Shown: one piece after another, positions 36,501 to 51,500 of the stretch | How the letters are laid out: each line of letters starts with the position of its first letter | Position numbering within the stretch: the first letter of the stretch is position 1 | Assembly (NCBI GenBank): GCA_032718475.1 | Contig: JAUCBJ010001403.1 | Coordinates: forward strand, 1-63,675 | DNA length: 63,675 bases | Direction of reading: 5' to 3' | Origin: Nemertoderma westbladi | Taxonomy: Eukaryota; Animalia; Xenacoelomorpha | Made by a program: the position numbers and the translations under genes | The notes under the pieces: generated by a model | The model's database searches: none | Told to the model about the DNA's origin: nothing | What the model saw: the letters and a program-made list of their open reading frames with translations, nothing else

Positions 36501-39500
36501 GGGACTAGAGACTGATGGACCAACAGATATAGGGACTAGAGACTGATGGACCAACAGTAATAGGGACTAGAGACTGATGGATGGACCAACAGTAATAGGG
36601 ACTAGAGACTGATGGACCAACAGTAATAGGGACTAGAGACTGGGACCAACAGTAATAGGGACTAGAGACTGGGACCAACAGTAATAGGGACTAGAGACTG
36701 GGACCAACAGTAATAGGGACTAGAGACTGGGACCAACAGTAATAGGGACTAGAGACTGATGGACCAACAGTAATAGGGACTAGAGACTGGGACCAACAGT
36801 AATAGGGACTAGAGAGTGATGGACCAACAGTAATAGGGACTAGAGACTGGGACCAACAGTAATAGGGACTAGAGACTGGGACCAACAGTAATAGGGACTA
36901 GAGACTGGGACCAACAGTAATAGGGACTAGAGACTGGGACCAACAGTAATAGGGACTAGAGACTGATGGACCAACAGTAATAGGGACTAGAGACTGGGAC
37001 CAACAGTAATAGGGACTAGAGAGTGATGGACCAACAGTAATAGGGACTAGAGACTGGGACCAACAGTAATAGGGACTAGAGACTGGGACCAACAGTAATA
37101 GGGACTAGAGACTGGGACCAACAGTAATAGGGACTAGAGACTGATGGACCAACAGTAATAGGGACTAGAGACTGATGGACCAACAGATATAGGGACTAGA
37201 GACTGATGGACCAACAGTAATAGGGACTAGAGACTGGGACCAACAGTAATAGGGCCTAGAGACTGATGGACCAACAGTAATAGGGACTAGAGACTGATGG
37301 ATGGACCAACAGTAATAGGGACTAGAGACTGATGGACCAACAGTAATAGGGACTAGAGACTGGGACCAACAGTAATAGGGACTAGAGACTGGGACCAACA
37401 GTAATAGGGACTAGAGACTGGGACCAACAGTAATAGGGACTAGAGACTGGGACCAACAGTAATAGGGACTAGAGACTGATGGACCAACAGTAATAGGGAC
37501 TAGAGACTGGGACCAACAGTAATAGGGACTAGAGACTGGGACCAACAGTAATAGGGACTAGAGACTGGGACCAACAGTAATAGGGACTAGAGACTGGGAC
37601 CAACAGTAATAGGGACTAGAGACTGGGACCAACAGTAATAGGGACTAGAGACTGGGACCAACAGTAATAGGGACTAGAGACTGGGACCAACAGTAATAGG
37701 GACTAGAGACTGGGACCAACAGTAATAGGGACTAGAGACTGGGACCAACATTAATAGGGACTAGAGACTGATGGACCAACAGTAATAGGGACTAGAGACT
37801 GGGACCAACAGTAATAGGGACTAGAGACTGGGACCAACAGTAATAGGGACTAGAGACTGGGACCAACAGTAATAGGGACTAGAGACTGGGACCAACAGTA
37901 ATAGGGACTAGAGACTGGGACCAACAGTAATAGGGACTAGAGACTGGGACCAACAGTAATAGGGACTAGAGACTGGGACCAACAGTAATAGGGACTAGAG
38001 ACTGGGACCAACAGTAATAGGGACTAGAGACTGGGACCAACAGTAATAGGGACTAGAGACTGATGGACCAACAGTAATAGGGACTAGAGACTGATGGACC
38101 AACAGATATAGGGACTAGAGACTGATGGACCAACAGTAATAGGGACTAGAGACTGATGGATGGACCAACAGTAATAGGGACTAGAGACTGATGGACCAAC
38201 AGTAATAGGGACTAGAGACTGGGACCAACAGTAATAGGGACTAGAGACTGGGACCAACAGTAATAGGGACTAGATACTGGGACCAACAGTAATAGGGACT
38301 AGAGACTGGGACCAACAGTAATAGGGACTAGAGACTGGGACCAACAGTAATAGGGACTAGAGACTGGGACCAACAGTAATAGGGACTAGAGACTGGGACC
38401 AACAGTAATAGGGACTAGAGACTGGGACCAACAGTAATAGGGACTAGAGACTGATGGACCAACAGTAATAGGGACTAGAGACTGATGGACCAACAGATAT
38501 AGGGACTAGAGACTGATGGACCAACAGTAATAGGGACTAGAGACTGATGATGGACCAACAGTAATAGGGACTAGAGACTGATGGACCAACAGTAATAGGG
38601 ACTAGAGACTGGGACCAACAGTAATAGGGACTAGAGACTGATGGACCAACAGTAATAGGGACTAGAGACTGGGACCAACAATAATAGGGACTAGAGACTA
38701 ATGCACCAACAGTAATAGGGACTAGAGACTGATGGACCAATAGTAATAGGGACTAGAGACTGGGACCAACAGTAATAGGGACTAGAGACTGGGACCAACA
38801 GTAATAGGGACTAGAGACTGGGACCAACAGTAATAGGGACTAGAGACTGGGACCAACAGTAATAGGGACTAGAGACTGGGACCAACAGTAATAGGGACTA
38901 GAGACTGATGGACCAACAGTAATAGGGACTAGAGACTGATGGACCAACAGTAATAGGGACTAGAGACTGGGACCAACAGTAATAGGGACTAGAGACTGGG
39001 ACCAACAGTAATAGGGACTAGAGACTGGGACCAACAGTAATAGGGACTAGAGACTGATGGACCAACAGTAATAGGGACTAGAGACTGGGACCAACAGTAA
39101 TAGGGACTAGAGACTGGGACCAACAGTAATAGGGACTAGAGACTGATGGACCAACAGTAATAGGGACTAGAGACTGGGACCAACAGTAATAGGGACTAGA
39201 GACTGATGGACCAACAGTAATAGGGACTAGAGACTGATGGACCAACAGTAATAGGGACTAGAGACTGGGACCAACAGTAATAGGGACTAGAGACTGGGAC
39301 CAACAGTAATAGGGACTAGAGACTGGGACCAACAGTAATAGGGACTAGAGACTGATGGACCAACAGTAATAGGGACTAGAGACTGATGGACCAACAGTAA
39401 TAGGGACTAGAGACTGATGGACCAACAGTAATAGGGACTAGAGACTGGGATCAACAGTAATAGGGACTAGAGACTGATGGACCAACAGTAATAGGGACTA

Positions 39501-42500
39501 GAGACTGGGACCAACAGTAATAGGGACTAGAGACTGATGGACCAACAGTAATAGGGACTAGAGACTGGGACCAACAGTAATAGGGACTAGAGAGTGATGG
39601 ACCAACAGTAATAGGGACTAGAGACTGGGATCAACAGTAATAGGGACTAGAGACTGATGGACCAACAGTAATAGGGACTAGAGACTGGGACCAACAGTAA
39701 TAGGGACTAGAGACTGATGGACCAACAGTAATAGGGACTAGAGACTGGGACCAACAGTAATAGGGACTAGAGACTGATGGACCAACAGTAATAGGGACTA
39801 GAGACTGATGGACCAACAGTAATAGGGACTAGAGACTGATGGACCAACAGTAATAGGGACTAGAGACTGATGGACCAACAGTAATAGGGACTAGAGACTG
39901 GGATCAACAGTAATAGGGACTAGAGACTGATGGACCAACAGTAATAGGGACTAGAGACTGGGACCAACAGTAATAGGGACTAGAGACTGATGGACCAATG
40001 GTAATAGGGACTAGAGACTGGGACCAACAGTAATAGGGACTAGAGACTGGGACCAACAGTAATAGGGACTAGAGACTGGGACCAACAGTAATAGGGACTA
40101 GAGACTGGGACCAACAGTAATAGGGACTAGAGACTGATGGACCAACAGTAATAGGGACTAGAGACTGATGGACCAACAGTAATAGGGACTAGAGACTGGG
40201 ATCAACAGTAATAGGGACTAGAGACTGATGGACCAACAGTAATAGGGACTAGAGACTGATGGACCAACAGTAATAGGGACTAGAGACTGATGGACCAACA
40301 GTAATAGGGACTAGAGACTGATGGACCAACAGTAATAGGGACTAGAGACTGATGGACCAACAGTAATAGGGACTAGAGACTGGGATCAACAGTAATAGGG
40401 ACTAGAGACTGATGGACCAACAGTAATAGGGACTAGAGACTGATGGACCAACAGTAATAGGGACTAGAGACTGATGGACCAACAGTAATAGGGACTAGAG
40501 ACTGATGGACCAACAGTAATAGGGACTAGAGACTGATGGACCAACAGTAATAGGGACTAGAGACTGGGACCAACAGTAATAGGGACTAGAGACTGGGACC
40601 AACAGTAATAGGGACTAGAGACTGATGGACCAACAGTAATAGGGACTAGAGACTGGGACCAACAGTAATAGGGACTAGAGACTGATGGACCAACAGTAAT
40701 AGGGACTAGAGACTGGGACCAACAGTAATAGGGACTAGAGACTGATGGACCAACAGTAATAGGGACTAGAGACTGGGACCAACAGTAATAGGGACTAGAG
40801 ACTGGGACCAACAGTAATAGGGACTAGAGACTGATGGACCAACAGTAATAGGGACTAGAGACTGATGGACCAACAGTAATAGGGACTAGAGACTGGGATC
40901 AACAGTAATAGGGACTAGAGACTGATGGACCAACAGTAATAGGGACTAGAGACTGATGGACCAACAGTAATAGGGACTAGAGACTGGGACCAACAGTAAT
41001 AGGGACTAGAGACTGGGACCAACAGTAATAGGGACTAGAGACTGATGGACCAACAGTAATAGGGACTAGAGACTGATGGACCAACAGTAATAGGGACTAG
41101 AGACTGGGATCAACAGTAATAGGGACTAGAGACTGATGGACCAACAGTAATAGGGACTAGAGACTGATGGACCAACAGTAATAGGGACTAGAGACTGATG
41201 GACCAACAGTAATAGGGACTAGAGACTGGGGCCAACAATAATAGGGACTAGAGACTGGGACCAACAGTAATAGGGACTAGAGACTGGGATCAACAGTAAT
41301 AGGGACTAGAGACTGATGGACCAACAGTAATAGGGACTAGAGACTGATGGACCAACAGTAATAGGGACTAGAGACTGATGGACCAACAGTAATAGGGACT
41401 AGAGACTGGGACCAACAGTAATAGGGACTAGAGACTGGGACCAACAGTAATAGGGACTAGAGACTGGGACCAACAGTAATAGGGACTAGAGACTGGGACC
41501 AACAGTAATAGGGACTAGAGACTGGGACCAACAGTAATAGGGACTAGAGACTGGGACCAACAGTAATAGGGACTAGAGACTGGGACCAACAGTAATAGGG
41601 ACTAGAGACTGGGACCAACAGTAATAGGGACTAGAGACTGGGACCAACAGTAATAGGGACTAGAGACTGATGGACCAATGGTAATAGGGACTAGAGACTG
41701 ATGGACCAATAGTAATAGGGACTAGAGACTGATGGACCAACAGTAATAGGGACTAGAGACTGGGACCAACAGTAATAGGGACTAGAGACTGGGACCAACA
41801 GTAATAGGGACTAGAGACTGATGGACCAACAGTAATAGGGACTAGAGACTGGGACCAACAGTAATAGGGACTAGAGACTGATGGACCAATGGTAATAGGG
41901 ACTAGAGACTGGGACCAACAGTAATAGGGACTAGAGACTGGGACCAACAGTAATAGGGACTAGAGACTGATGGACCAATGGTAATAGGGACTAGAGACTG
42001 ATGGACCAATAGTAATAGGGACTAGAGACTGATGGACCAACAGTAATAGGGACTAGAGACTGGGACCAACAGTAATAGGGACTAGAGACTGGGACCAACA
42101 GTAATAGGGACTAGAGACTGGGACCAACAGTAATAGGGACTAGAGACTGGGACCAACAGTAATAGGGACTAGAGACTGATGGACCAATGGTAATAGGGAC
42201 TAGAGACTGATGGACCAATAGTAATAGGGACTAGAGACGGATGGACCAACAGTAATAGGGACTAGCCAACAGTAATAGGGACTAGAGACTAATGCACCAA
42301 CAGTAATAGGGACTAGAGACTAATGCACCAACAGTAATAGGGACTAGAGACTGATGGACCAACAGTAATAGGGACTAGAGACGGATGGACCAACAGTAAT
42401 AGGGACTAGAGACTGATGGACCAACAGTAATAGGGACTAGAGACTGGGATCAACAGTAATAGGGACTAGAGACTGATGGACCAACAGTAATAGGGACTAG

Positions 42501-45500
42501 AGACTAATGCACCAACAGTAATAGGGACTAGAGACTAATGCACCAACAGTAATAGGGACTAGAGACTGATGGACCAACAGTAATAGGGACTAGAGACGGA
42601 TGGACCAACAGTAATAGGGACTAGAGACTGGGACCAACAGTAATAGGGACTAGAGACTGGGACCAACAGATATAGGGACTAGAGACTGATGGACCAACAG
42701 TAATAGGGACTAGAGACTGATGGACCAACAGTAATAGGGACTAGAGACTGATGGACCAACAGTAATAGGGACTAGAGACTAATGCACCAACAGTAATAGG
42801 GACTAGAGACTGATGGACCAACAGTAATAGGGACTAGAGACGGATGGACCAACAGTAATAGGGACTAGAGACTGGGATCAACAGTAATAGGGACTAGAGA
42901 CTGATGGACCAACAGTAATAGGGACTAGAGACTGATGGACCAACAGTAATAGGGACTAGAGACGGATGGACCAACAGTAATAGGGACTAGAGACTGATGG
43001 ACCAACAGTAATAGGGACTAGAGACTAATGCACCAACAGTAATAGGGACTAGAGACTAATGCACCAACAGTAATAGGGACTAGAGACTGATGGACCAACA
43101 GTAATAGGGACTAGAGACGGATGGACCAACAGTAATAGGGACTAGAGACTGGGATCAACAGTAATAGGGACTAGAGACTGATGGACCAACAGTAATAGGG
43201 ACTAGAGACTGATGGACCAACAGTAATAGGGACTAGAGACGGATGGACCAACAGTAATAGGGACTAGAGACTGATGGACCAACAGTAATAGGGACTAGAG
43301 ACTGGGATCAACAGTAATAGGGACTAGAGACGGATGGACCAACAGTAATAGGGACTAGCCAACAGTAATAGGGACTAGAGACTAATGCACCAACAGTAAT
43401 AGGGACTAGAGACTAATGCACCAACAGTAATAGGGACTAGAGACTGATGGACCAACAGTAATAGGGACTAGAGACGGATGGACCAACAGTAATAGGGACT
43501 AGAGACTGATGGACCAACAGTAATAGGGACTAGAGACTGGGATCAACAGTAATAGGGACTAGAGACTGATGGACCAACAGTAATAGGGACTAGAGACTGA
43601 TGGACCAATAGTAATAGGGACTAGAGACGGATGGACCAACAGTAATAGGGACTAGCCAACAGTAATAGGGACTAGAGACTAATGCACCAACAGTAATAGG
43701 GACTAGAGACTAATGCACCAACAGTAATAGGGACTAGAGACTGATGGACCAACAGTAATAGGGACTAGAGACTGATGGACCAACAGTAATAGGGACTAGA
43801 GACTGGGATCAACAGTAATAGGGACTAGAGACTGATGGACCAACAGTAATAGGGACTAGAGACTGATGGACCAACAGTAATAGGGACTAGAGACTGATGG
43901 ACCAACAGTAATAGGGACTAGAGACTGATGGACCAACAGTAATAGGGACTAGAGACTGATGGACCAACAGTAATAGGGACTAGAGACTGGGATCAACAGT
44001 AATAGGGACTAGAGACTGATGGACCAACAGTAATAGGGACTAGAGACTGATGGATGGACCAACAGTAATAGGGACTAGAGACTGATGGACCAACAGTAAT
44101 AGGGACTAGAGACTGGGACCAACAGTAATAGGGACTAGAGACTGATGGACCAATGGTAATAGGGACTAGAGACTGATGGACCAACAGATATAGGGACTAG
44201 AGACTGATGGACCAACAGTAATAGGGACTAGAGACTGGGACCAACAGTAATAGGGACTAGAGACTGGGACCAACAGTAATAGGGACTAGAGACTGGGACC
44301 AACAGTAATAGGGACTAGAGACTGATGGACCAACAGTAATAGGGACTAGAGACTGATGGATGGACCAACAGTAATAGGGACTAGAGACTGATGGACCAAC
44401 AGTAATAGGGACTAGAGACTGGGACCAACAGTAATAGGGACTAGAGACTGATGGACCAATGGTAATAGGGACTAGAGACTGATGGACCAACAGATATAGG
44501 GACTAGAGACTGATGGACCAACAGTAATAGGGACTAGAGACTGATGGACCAACAGTAATAGGGACTAGAGACTGATGGACCAACAGTAATAGGGACTAGA
44601 GACTGATGGACCAACAGTAATAGGGACTAGAGACTGATGGACCAACAGTAATAGGGACTAGAGACTGATGGACCAACAGTAATAGGGACTAGAGACTGAT
44701 GGACCAACAGTAATAGGGACTAGAGACTGATGGACCAACAGTAATAGGGACTAGAGACTGGGATCAACAGTAATAGGGACTAGAGACTGATGGACCAACA
44801 GTAATAGGGACTAGAGACTGATGGACCAACAGTAATAGGGACTAGAGACTGGGACCAACAGTAATAGGGACTAGAGACTGGGACCAACAGTAATAGGGAC
44901 TAGAGACTGATGGACCAACAGTAATAGGGACTAGAGACTGATGGACCAACAGTAATAGGGACTAGAGACTGGGATCAACAGTAATAGGGACTAGAGACTG
45001 ATGGACCAACAGTAATAGGGACTAGAGACTGATGGACCAACAGTAATAGGGACTAGAGACTGATGGACCAACAGTAATAGGGACTAGAGACTGGGGCCAA
45101 CAATAATAGGGACTAGAGACTGGGACCAACAGTAATAAGGACTAGAGACTGATGGACCAACAGTAATAGGGACTAGAGACTGGGACCAACAGTAATAGGG
45201 ACTAGAGACTGATGGACCAATGGTAATAGGGACTAGAGACTGGGACCAACAGTAATAGGGACTAGAGACTGGGACCAACAGTAATAGGGACTAGAGACTG
45301 ATGGACCAATGGTAATAGGGACTAGAGACTGATGGACCAATAGTAATAGGGACTAGAGACTGATGGACCAACAGTAATAGGGACTAGAGACTGGGACCAA
45401 CAGTAATAGGGACTAGAGACTGGGACCAACAGTAATAGGGACTAGAGACTGGGACCAACAGTAATAGGGACTAGAGACTGGGACCAACAGTAATAGGGAC

Positions 45501-48500
45501 TAGAGACTGATGGACCAATGGTAATAGGGACTAGAGACTGATGGACCAATAGTAATAGGGACTAGAGACGGATGGACCAACAGTAATAGGGACTAGAGAC
45601 TGGGACCAACAGTAATAGGGACTAGAGACTGGGACCAACAGTAATAGGGACTAGAGACTGGGACCAACAGTAATAGGGACTAGAGACTGATGGACCAATG
45701 GTAATAGGGACTAGAGACTGATGGACCAACAGTAATAGGGACTAGAGACTGATGGACCAACAGATATAGGGACTAGAGACTGATGGACCAACAGTAATAG
45801 GGACTAGAGACTGATGGACCAACAGTAATAGGGACTAGAGACTGATGGATGGACCAACAGTAATAGGGACTAGAGACTGGGACCAACAGTAATAGGGACT
45901 AGAGACTGGGACCAACAGTAATAGGGACTAGAAACTGGGACCAACAGTAATAGGGACTAGAGACTGGGACCAACAGTAATAGGGACTAGAGACTGGGACC
46001 AACAGTAATAGGGACTAGAGACTGGGACCAACAGTAATAGGGACTAGAGACTGGGACCAACAGTAATAGGGACTAGAGACTGATGGACCAACAGTAATAG
46101 GGACTAGAGACTGATGGACCAACAGTAATAGGGACTAGAGACTGATGGACCAACAGATATAGGGACTAGAGACTGATGGACCAACAGTAATAGGGACTAG
46201 AGACTGATGGATGGACCAACAGTAATAGGGACTAGAGACTGGGACCAACAGTAATAGGGACTAGAGACTGGGACCAACAGTAATAGGGACTAGAGACTGG
46301 GACCAACAGTAATAGGGACTAGAGACTGGGACCAACAGTAATAGGGACTAGAGACTGGGACCAACAGTAATAGGGACTAGAGACTGGGACCAACAGTAAT
46401 AGGGACTAGAGACTGGGACCAACAGTAATAGGGACTAGAGACTGATGGACCAACAGATATAGGGACTAGAGACTGATGGACCAACAGTAATAGGGACTAG
46501 AGACTGGGACCAACAGTAATAGGGACTAGAGACTGGGACCAACAGTAATAGGGACTAGAGACTGGGACCAACAGTAATAGGGACTAGAGACTGGGACCAA
46601 CAGTAATAGGGACTAGAGACTGATGGACCAACAGATATAGGGACTAGAGACTGATGGACCAACAGTAATAGGGACTAGAGACTGGGACCAACAGTAATAG
46701 GGACTAGAGACTGGGACCAACAGTAATAGGGACTAGAGACTGATGGACCAACAGATATAGGGACTAGAGACTGATGGACCAACAGTAATAGGGACTAGAG
46801 ACTGATGGATGGACCAACAGTAATAGGGACTAGAGACTGATGGACCAACAGTAATAGGGACTAGAGACTGGGACCAACAGTAATAGGGACTAGAGACTGA
46901 TGGACCAATGGTAATAGGGACTAGAGACTGATGGACCAACAGATATAGGGACTAGAGACTGATGGACCAACAGTAATAGGGACTAGAGACTGGGACCAAC
47001 AGTAATAGGGACTAGAGACTGGGACCAACAGTAATAGGGACTAGAGACTGGGACCAACAGTAATAGGGACTAGAGACTGATGGACCAACAGTAATAGGGA
47101 CTAGAGACTGGGACCAACAGTAATAGGGACTAGAGACTGGGACCAACAGTAATAGGGACTAGAGACTGGGACCAACAGTAATAGGGACTAGAGACTGGGA
47201 CCAACAGTAATAGGGACTAGAGACTGATGGACCAACAGTAATAGGGACTAGAGACTGGGACCAACAGTAATAGGGACTAGAGACTGGGACCAACAGTAAT
47301 AGGGACTAGAGACTGGGACCAACAGTAATAGGGACTAGAGACTGGGACCAACAGTAATAGGGACTAGAGACTGGGACCAACAGTAATAGGGACTAGAGAC
47401 TGGGACCAACAGTAATAGGGACTAGAGACTGGGACCAACAGTAATAGGGACTAGAGACTGGGACCAACAGTAATAGGGACTAGAGACTGGGACCAACAGT
47501 AATAGGGACTAGAGACTAATGCACCAACAGTAATAGGGACTAGAGACTGATGGATGGACCAACAGTAATAGGGACTAGAGACTGATGGACCAACAGTAAT
47601 AGGGACTAGAGACTGGGACCAACAGTAATAGGGACTAGAGACTGGGACCAACAGTAATAGGGACTAGAGACTGGGACCAACAGTAATAGGGACTAGAGAC
47701 TGGAACCAACAGTAATAGGGACTAGAGACTGGGACCAACAGTAATAGGGACTAGAGACTGGAACCAACAGTAATAGGGACTAGAGACTGGGACCAACAGT
47801 AATAGGGACTAGAGACTGGGACCAACAGTAATAGGGACTAGAGACTGGGACCAACAGTAATAGGGACTAGAGACTGGGACCAACAGTAATAGGGACTAGA
47901 GACTAATGCACCAACAGTAATAGGGACTAGAGACTGATGGATGGACCAACAGTAATAGGGACTAGAGACTGATGGACCAACAGTAATAGGGACTAGAGAC
48001 TGGGACCAACAGTAATAGGGACTAGAGACTGGGACCAACAGTAATAGGGACTAGAGACTGGGACCAACAGTAATAGGGACTAGAGACTGGAACCAACAGT
48101 AATAGGGACTAGAGACTGGGACCAACAGTAATAGGGACTAGAGACTGATGGACCAACAGATATAGGGACTAGAGACTGATGGATGGACCAACAGTAATAG
48201 GGACTAGAGACTGATGGACCAACAGTAATAGGGACTAGAGACTGGGACCAACAGTAATAGGGACTAGAGACTGGGACCAACAGTAATAGGGACTAGAGAC
48301 TGGGACCAACAGTAATAGGGACTAGAGACTGGGACCAACAGTAATAGGGACTAGAGACTGGGACCAACAGTAATAGGGACTAGAGACTGATGGACCAACA
48401 GTAATAGGGACTAGAGACTGATGGACCAACAGTAATAGGGACTAGAGACTGATGGACCAACAGTAATAGGGACTAGAGACTGGGACCAACAGTAATAGGG

Positions 48501-51500
48501 ACTAGAGACTGGGACCAACAGTAATAGGGACTAGAGACTGGGACCAACAGTAATAGGGACTAGAGACTGGGACCAACAGTAATAGGGACTAGAGACTGGG
48601 ACCAACAGTAATAGGGACTAGAGACTGGGACCAACAGTAATAGGGACTAGAGACTGGGACCAACAGTAATAGGGACTAGAGACTGATGGACCAACAGTAA
48701 TAGGGACTAGAGACTGGGACCAACAGTAATAGGGACTAGAGACTGGGACCAACAGTAATAGGGACTAGAGACTGGGACCAACAGTAATAGGGACTAGAGA
48801 CTGATGGATGGACCAACAGTAATAGGGACTAGAGACTGATGGACCAACAGTAATAGGGACTAGAGACTGATGGACCAACAGTAATAGGGACTAGAGACTG
48901 GGACCAACAGTAATAGGGACTAGAGACTGGGACCAACAGTAATAGGGACTAGAGACTGATGGACCAACAGTAATAGGGACTAGAGACTGATGGACCAACG
49001 GTAATAGGGACTAGAGACTGATGGACCAACAGTATATAGGGACTAGAGACTGATGGACCAACAGTAATAGGGACTAGAGACTGATGGATGGACCAACAGT
49101 AATAGGGACTAGAGACTGATGGACCAACAGTAATAGGGACTAGAGACTGATGGACCAACAGTAATAGGGACTAGAGACTGATGGACCAACAGTAATAGGG
49201 ACTAGAGACTGATGGACCAACAGTAATAGGGACTAGAGACTATGGGACCAACAGTAATAGGGACTAGAGACTGGGACCAACAGTAATAGGGACTAGAGAC
49301 TGGGACCAACAGTAATAGGGACTAGAGACTGATGGACCAACAGTAATAGGGACTAGAGACTGGGACCAACAGTAATAGGGACTAGAGACTGGGACCAACA
49401 GTAATAGGGACTAGAGACTGGGACCAACAGTAATAGGGACTAGAGACTGGGACCAACAGTAATAGGGACTAGAGACTGGGACCAACAGTAATAGGGACTA
49501 GAGACTGATGGACCAACAGTAATAGGGACTAGAGACTGGGACCAACAGTAATAGGGACTAGAGACTGGGACCAACAGTAATAGGGACTAGAGACTGGGAC
49601 CAACAGTAATAGGGACTAGAGACTGGGACCAACAGTAATAGGGACTAGAGACTGGGACCAACAGTAATAGGGACTAGAGACTGGGACCAACAGTAATAGG
49701 GACTAGAGACTGATGGACCAACAGTAATAGGGACTAGAGACTGATGGACCAACAGTAATAGGGACTAGAGACTGATGGACCAACAGTAATAGGGACTAGA
49801 GACTGGGACCAACAGTAATAGGGACTAGAGACTGATGGACCAACAGTAATAGGGACTAGAGACTGGGACCAACAGTAATAGGGACTAGAGACTGGGACCA
49901 ACAGTAATAGGGACTAGAGACTGATGGACCAACAGTAATAGGGACTAGAGACTGATGGACCAACAGTAATAGGGACTAGAGACTGGGACCAACAGTAATA
50001 GGGACTAGAGACTGATGGACCAACAGTAATAGGGACTAGAGACTGGGACCAACAGTAATAGGGACTAGAGACTGATGGACCAACAGTAATAGGGACTAGA
50101 GACTGATGGACCAACAGTAATAGGGACTAGAGACTGGGACCAACAGTAATAGGGACTAGAGACTGGGACCAACAGTAATAGGGACTAGAGACTGGGACCA
50201 ACAGTAATAGGGACTAGAGACTGGGACCAACAGTAATAGGGACTAGAGACTGGGACCAACAGTAATAGGGACTAGAGACTGGGACCAACAGTAATAGGGA
50301 CTAGAGACTGGGACCAACAGTAATAGGGACTAGAGACTGGGACCAACAGTAATAGGGACTAGAGACTGATGGACCAACAGTAATAGGGACTAGAGACTGA
50401 TGGACCAACAGTAATAGGGACTAGAGACTGGGACCAACAGTAATAGGGACTAGAGACTGGGACCAACAGTAATAGGGACTAGAGACTGATGGACCAACAG
50501 TAATAGGGACTAGAGACTGATGGACCAACAGTAATAGGGACTAGAGACTGGGACCAACAGTAATAGGGACTAGAGACTGATGGACCAACAGTAATAGGGA
50601 CTAGAGACTGATGGACCAACAGTAATAGGGACTAGAGACTGATGGACCAACAGTAATAGGGACTAGAGACTGATGGACCAACAGTAATAGGGACTAGAGA
50701 CTGGGACCAACAGTAATAGGGACTAGAGACTGGGACCAACAGTAATAGGGACTAGAGACTGGGACCAACAGTAATAGGGACTAGAGACTGATGGACCAAC
50801 AGTAATAGGGACTAGAGACTGATGGACCAACAGTAATAGGGACTAGAGACTGGGACCAACAGTAATAGGGACTAGAGACTGGGACCAACAGTAATAGGGA
50901 CTAGAGACTGGGACCAACAGTAATAGGGACTAGAGACTGGGACCAACAGTAATAGGGACTAGAGACTGATGGACCAACAGTAATAGGGACTAGAGACTGA
51001 TGGACCAACAGTAATAGGGACTAGAGACTGATGGACCAACAGTAATAGGGACTAGAGACTGATGGACCAACAGTAATAGGGACTAGAGACTGATGGACCA
51101 ACAGTAATAGGGACTAGAGACTGATGGACCAACAGTAATAGGGACTAGAGACTGGGACCAACAGTAATAGGGACTAGAGACTGATGGACCAACAGTAATA
51201 GGGACTAGAGACTGATGGACCAACAGTAATAGGGACTAGAGACTGGGACCAACAGTAATAGGGACTAGAGACTGGGACCAACAGTAATAGGGACTAGAGA
51301 CTGGGACCAACAGTAATAGGGACTAGAGACTGATGGACCAACAGTAATAGGGACTAGAGACTGATGGACCAACAGTAATAGGGACTAGAGACTGATGGAC
51401 CAACAGTAATAGGGACTAGAGACTGGGACCAACAGTAATAGGGACTAGAGACTGGGACCAACAGTAATAGGGACTAGAGACTGGGACCAACAATAATAGG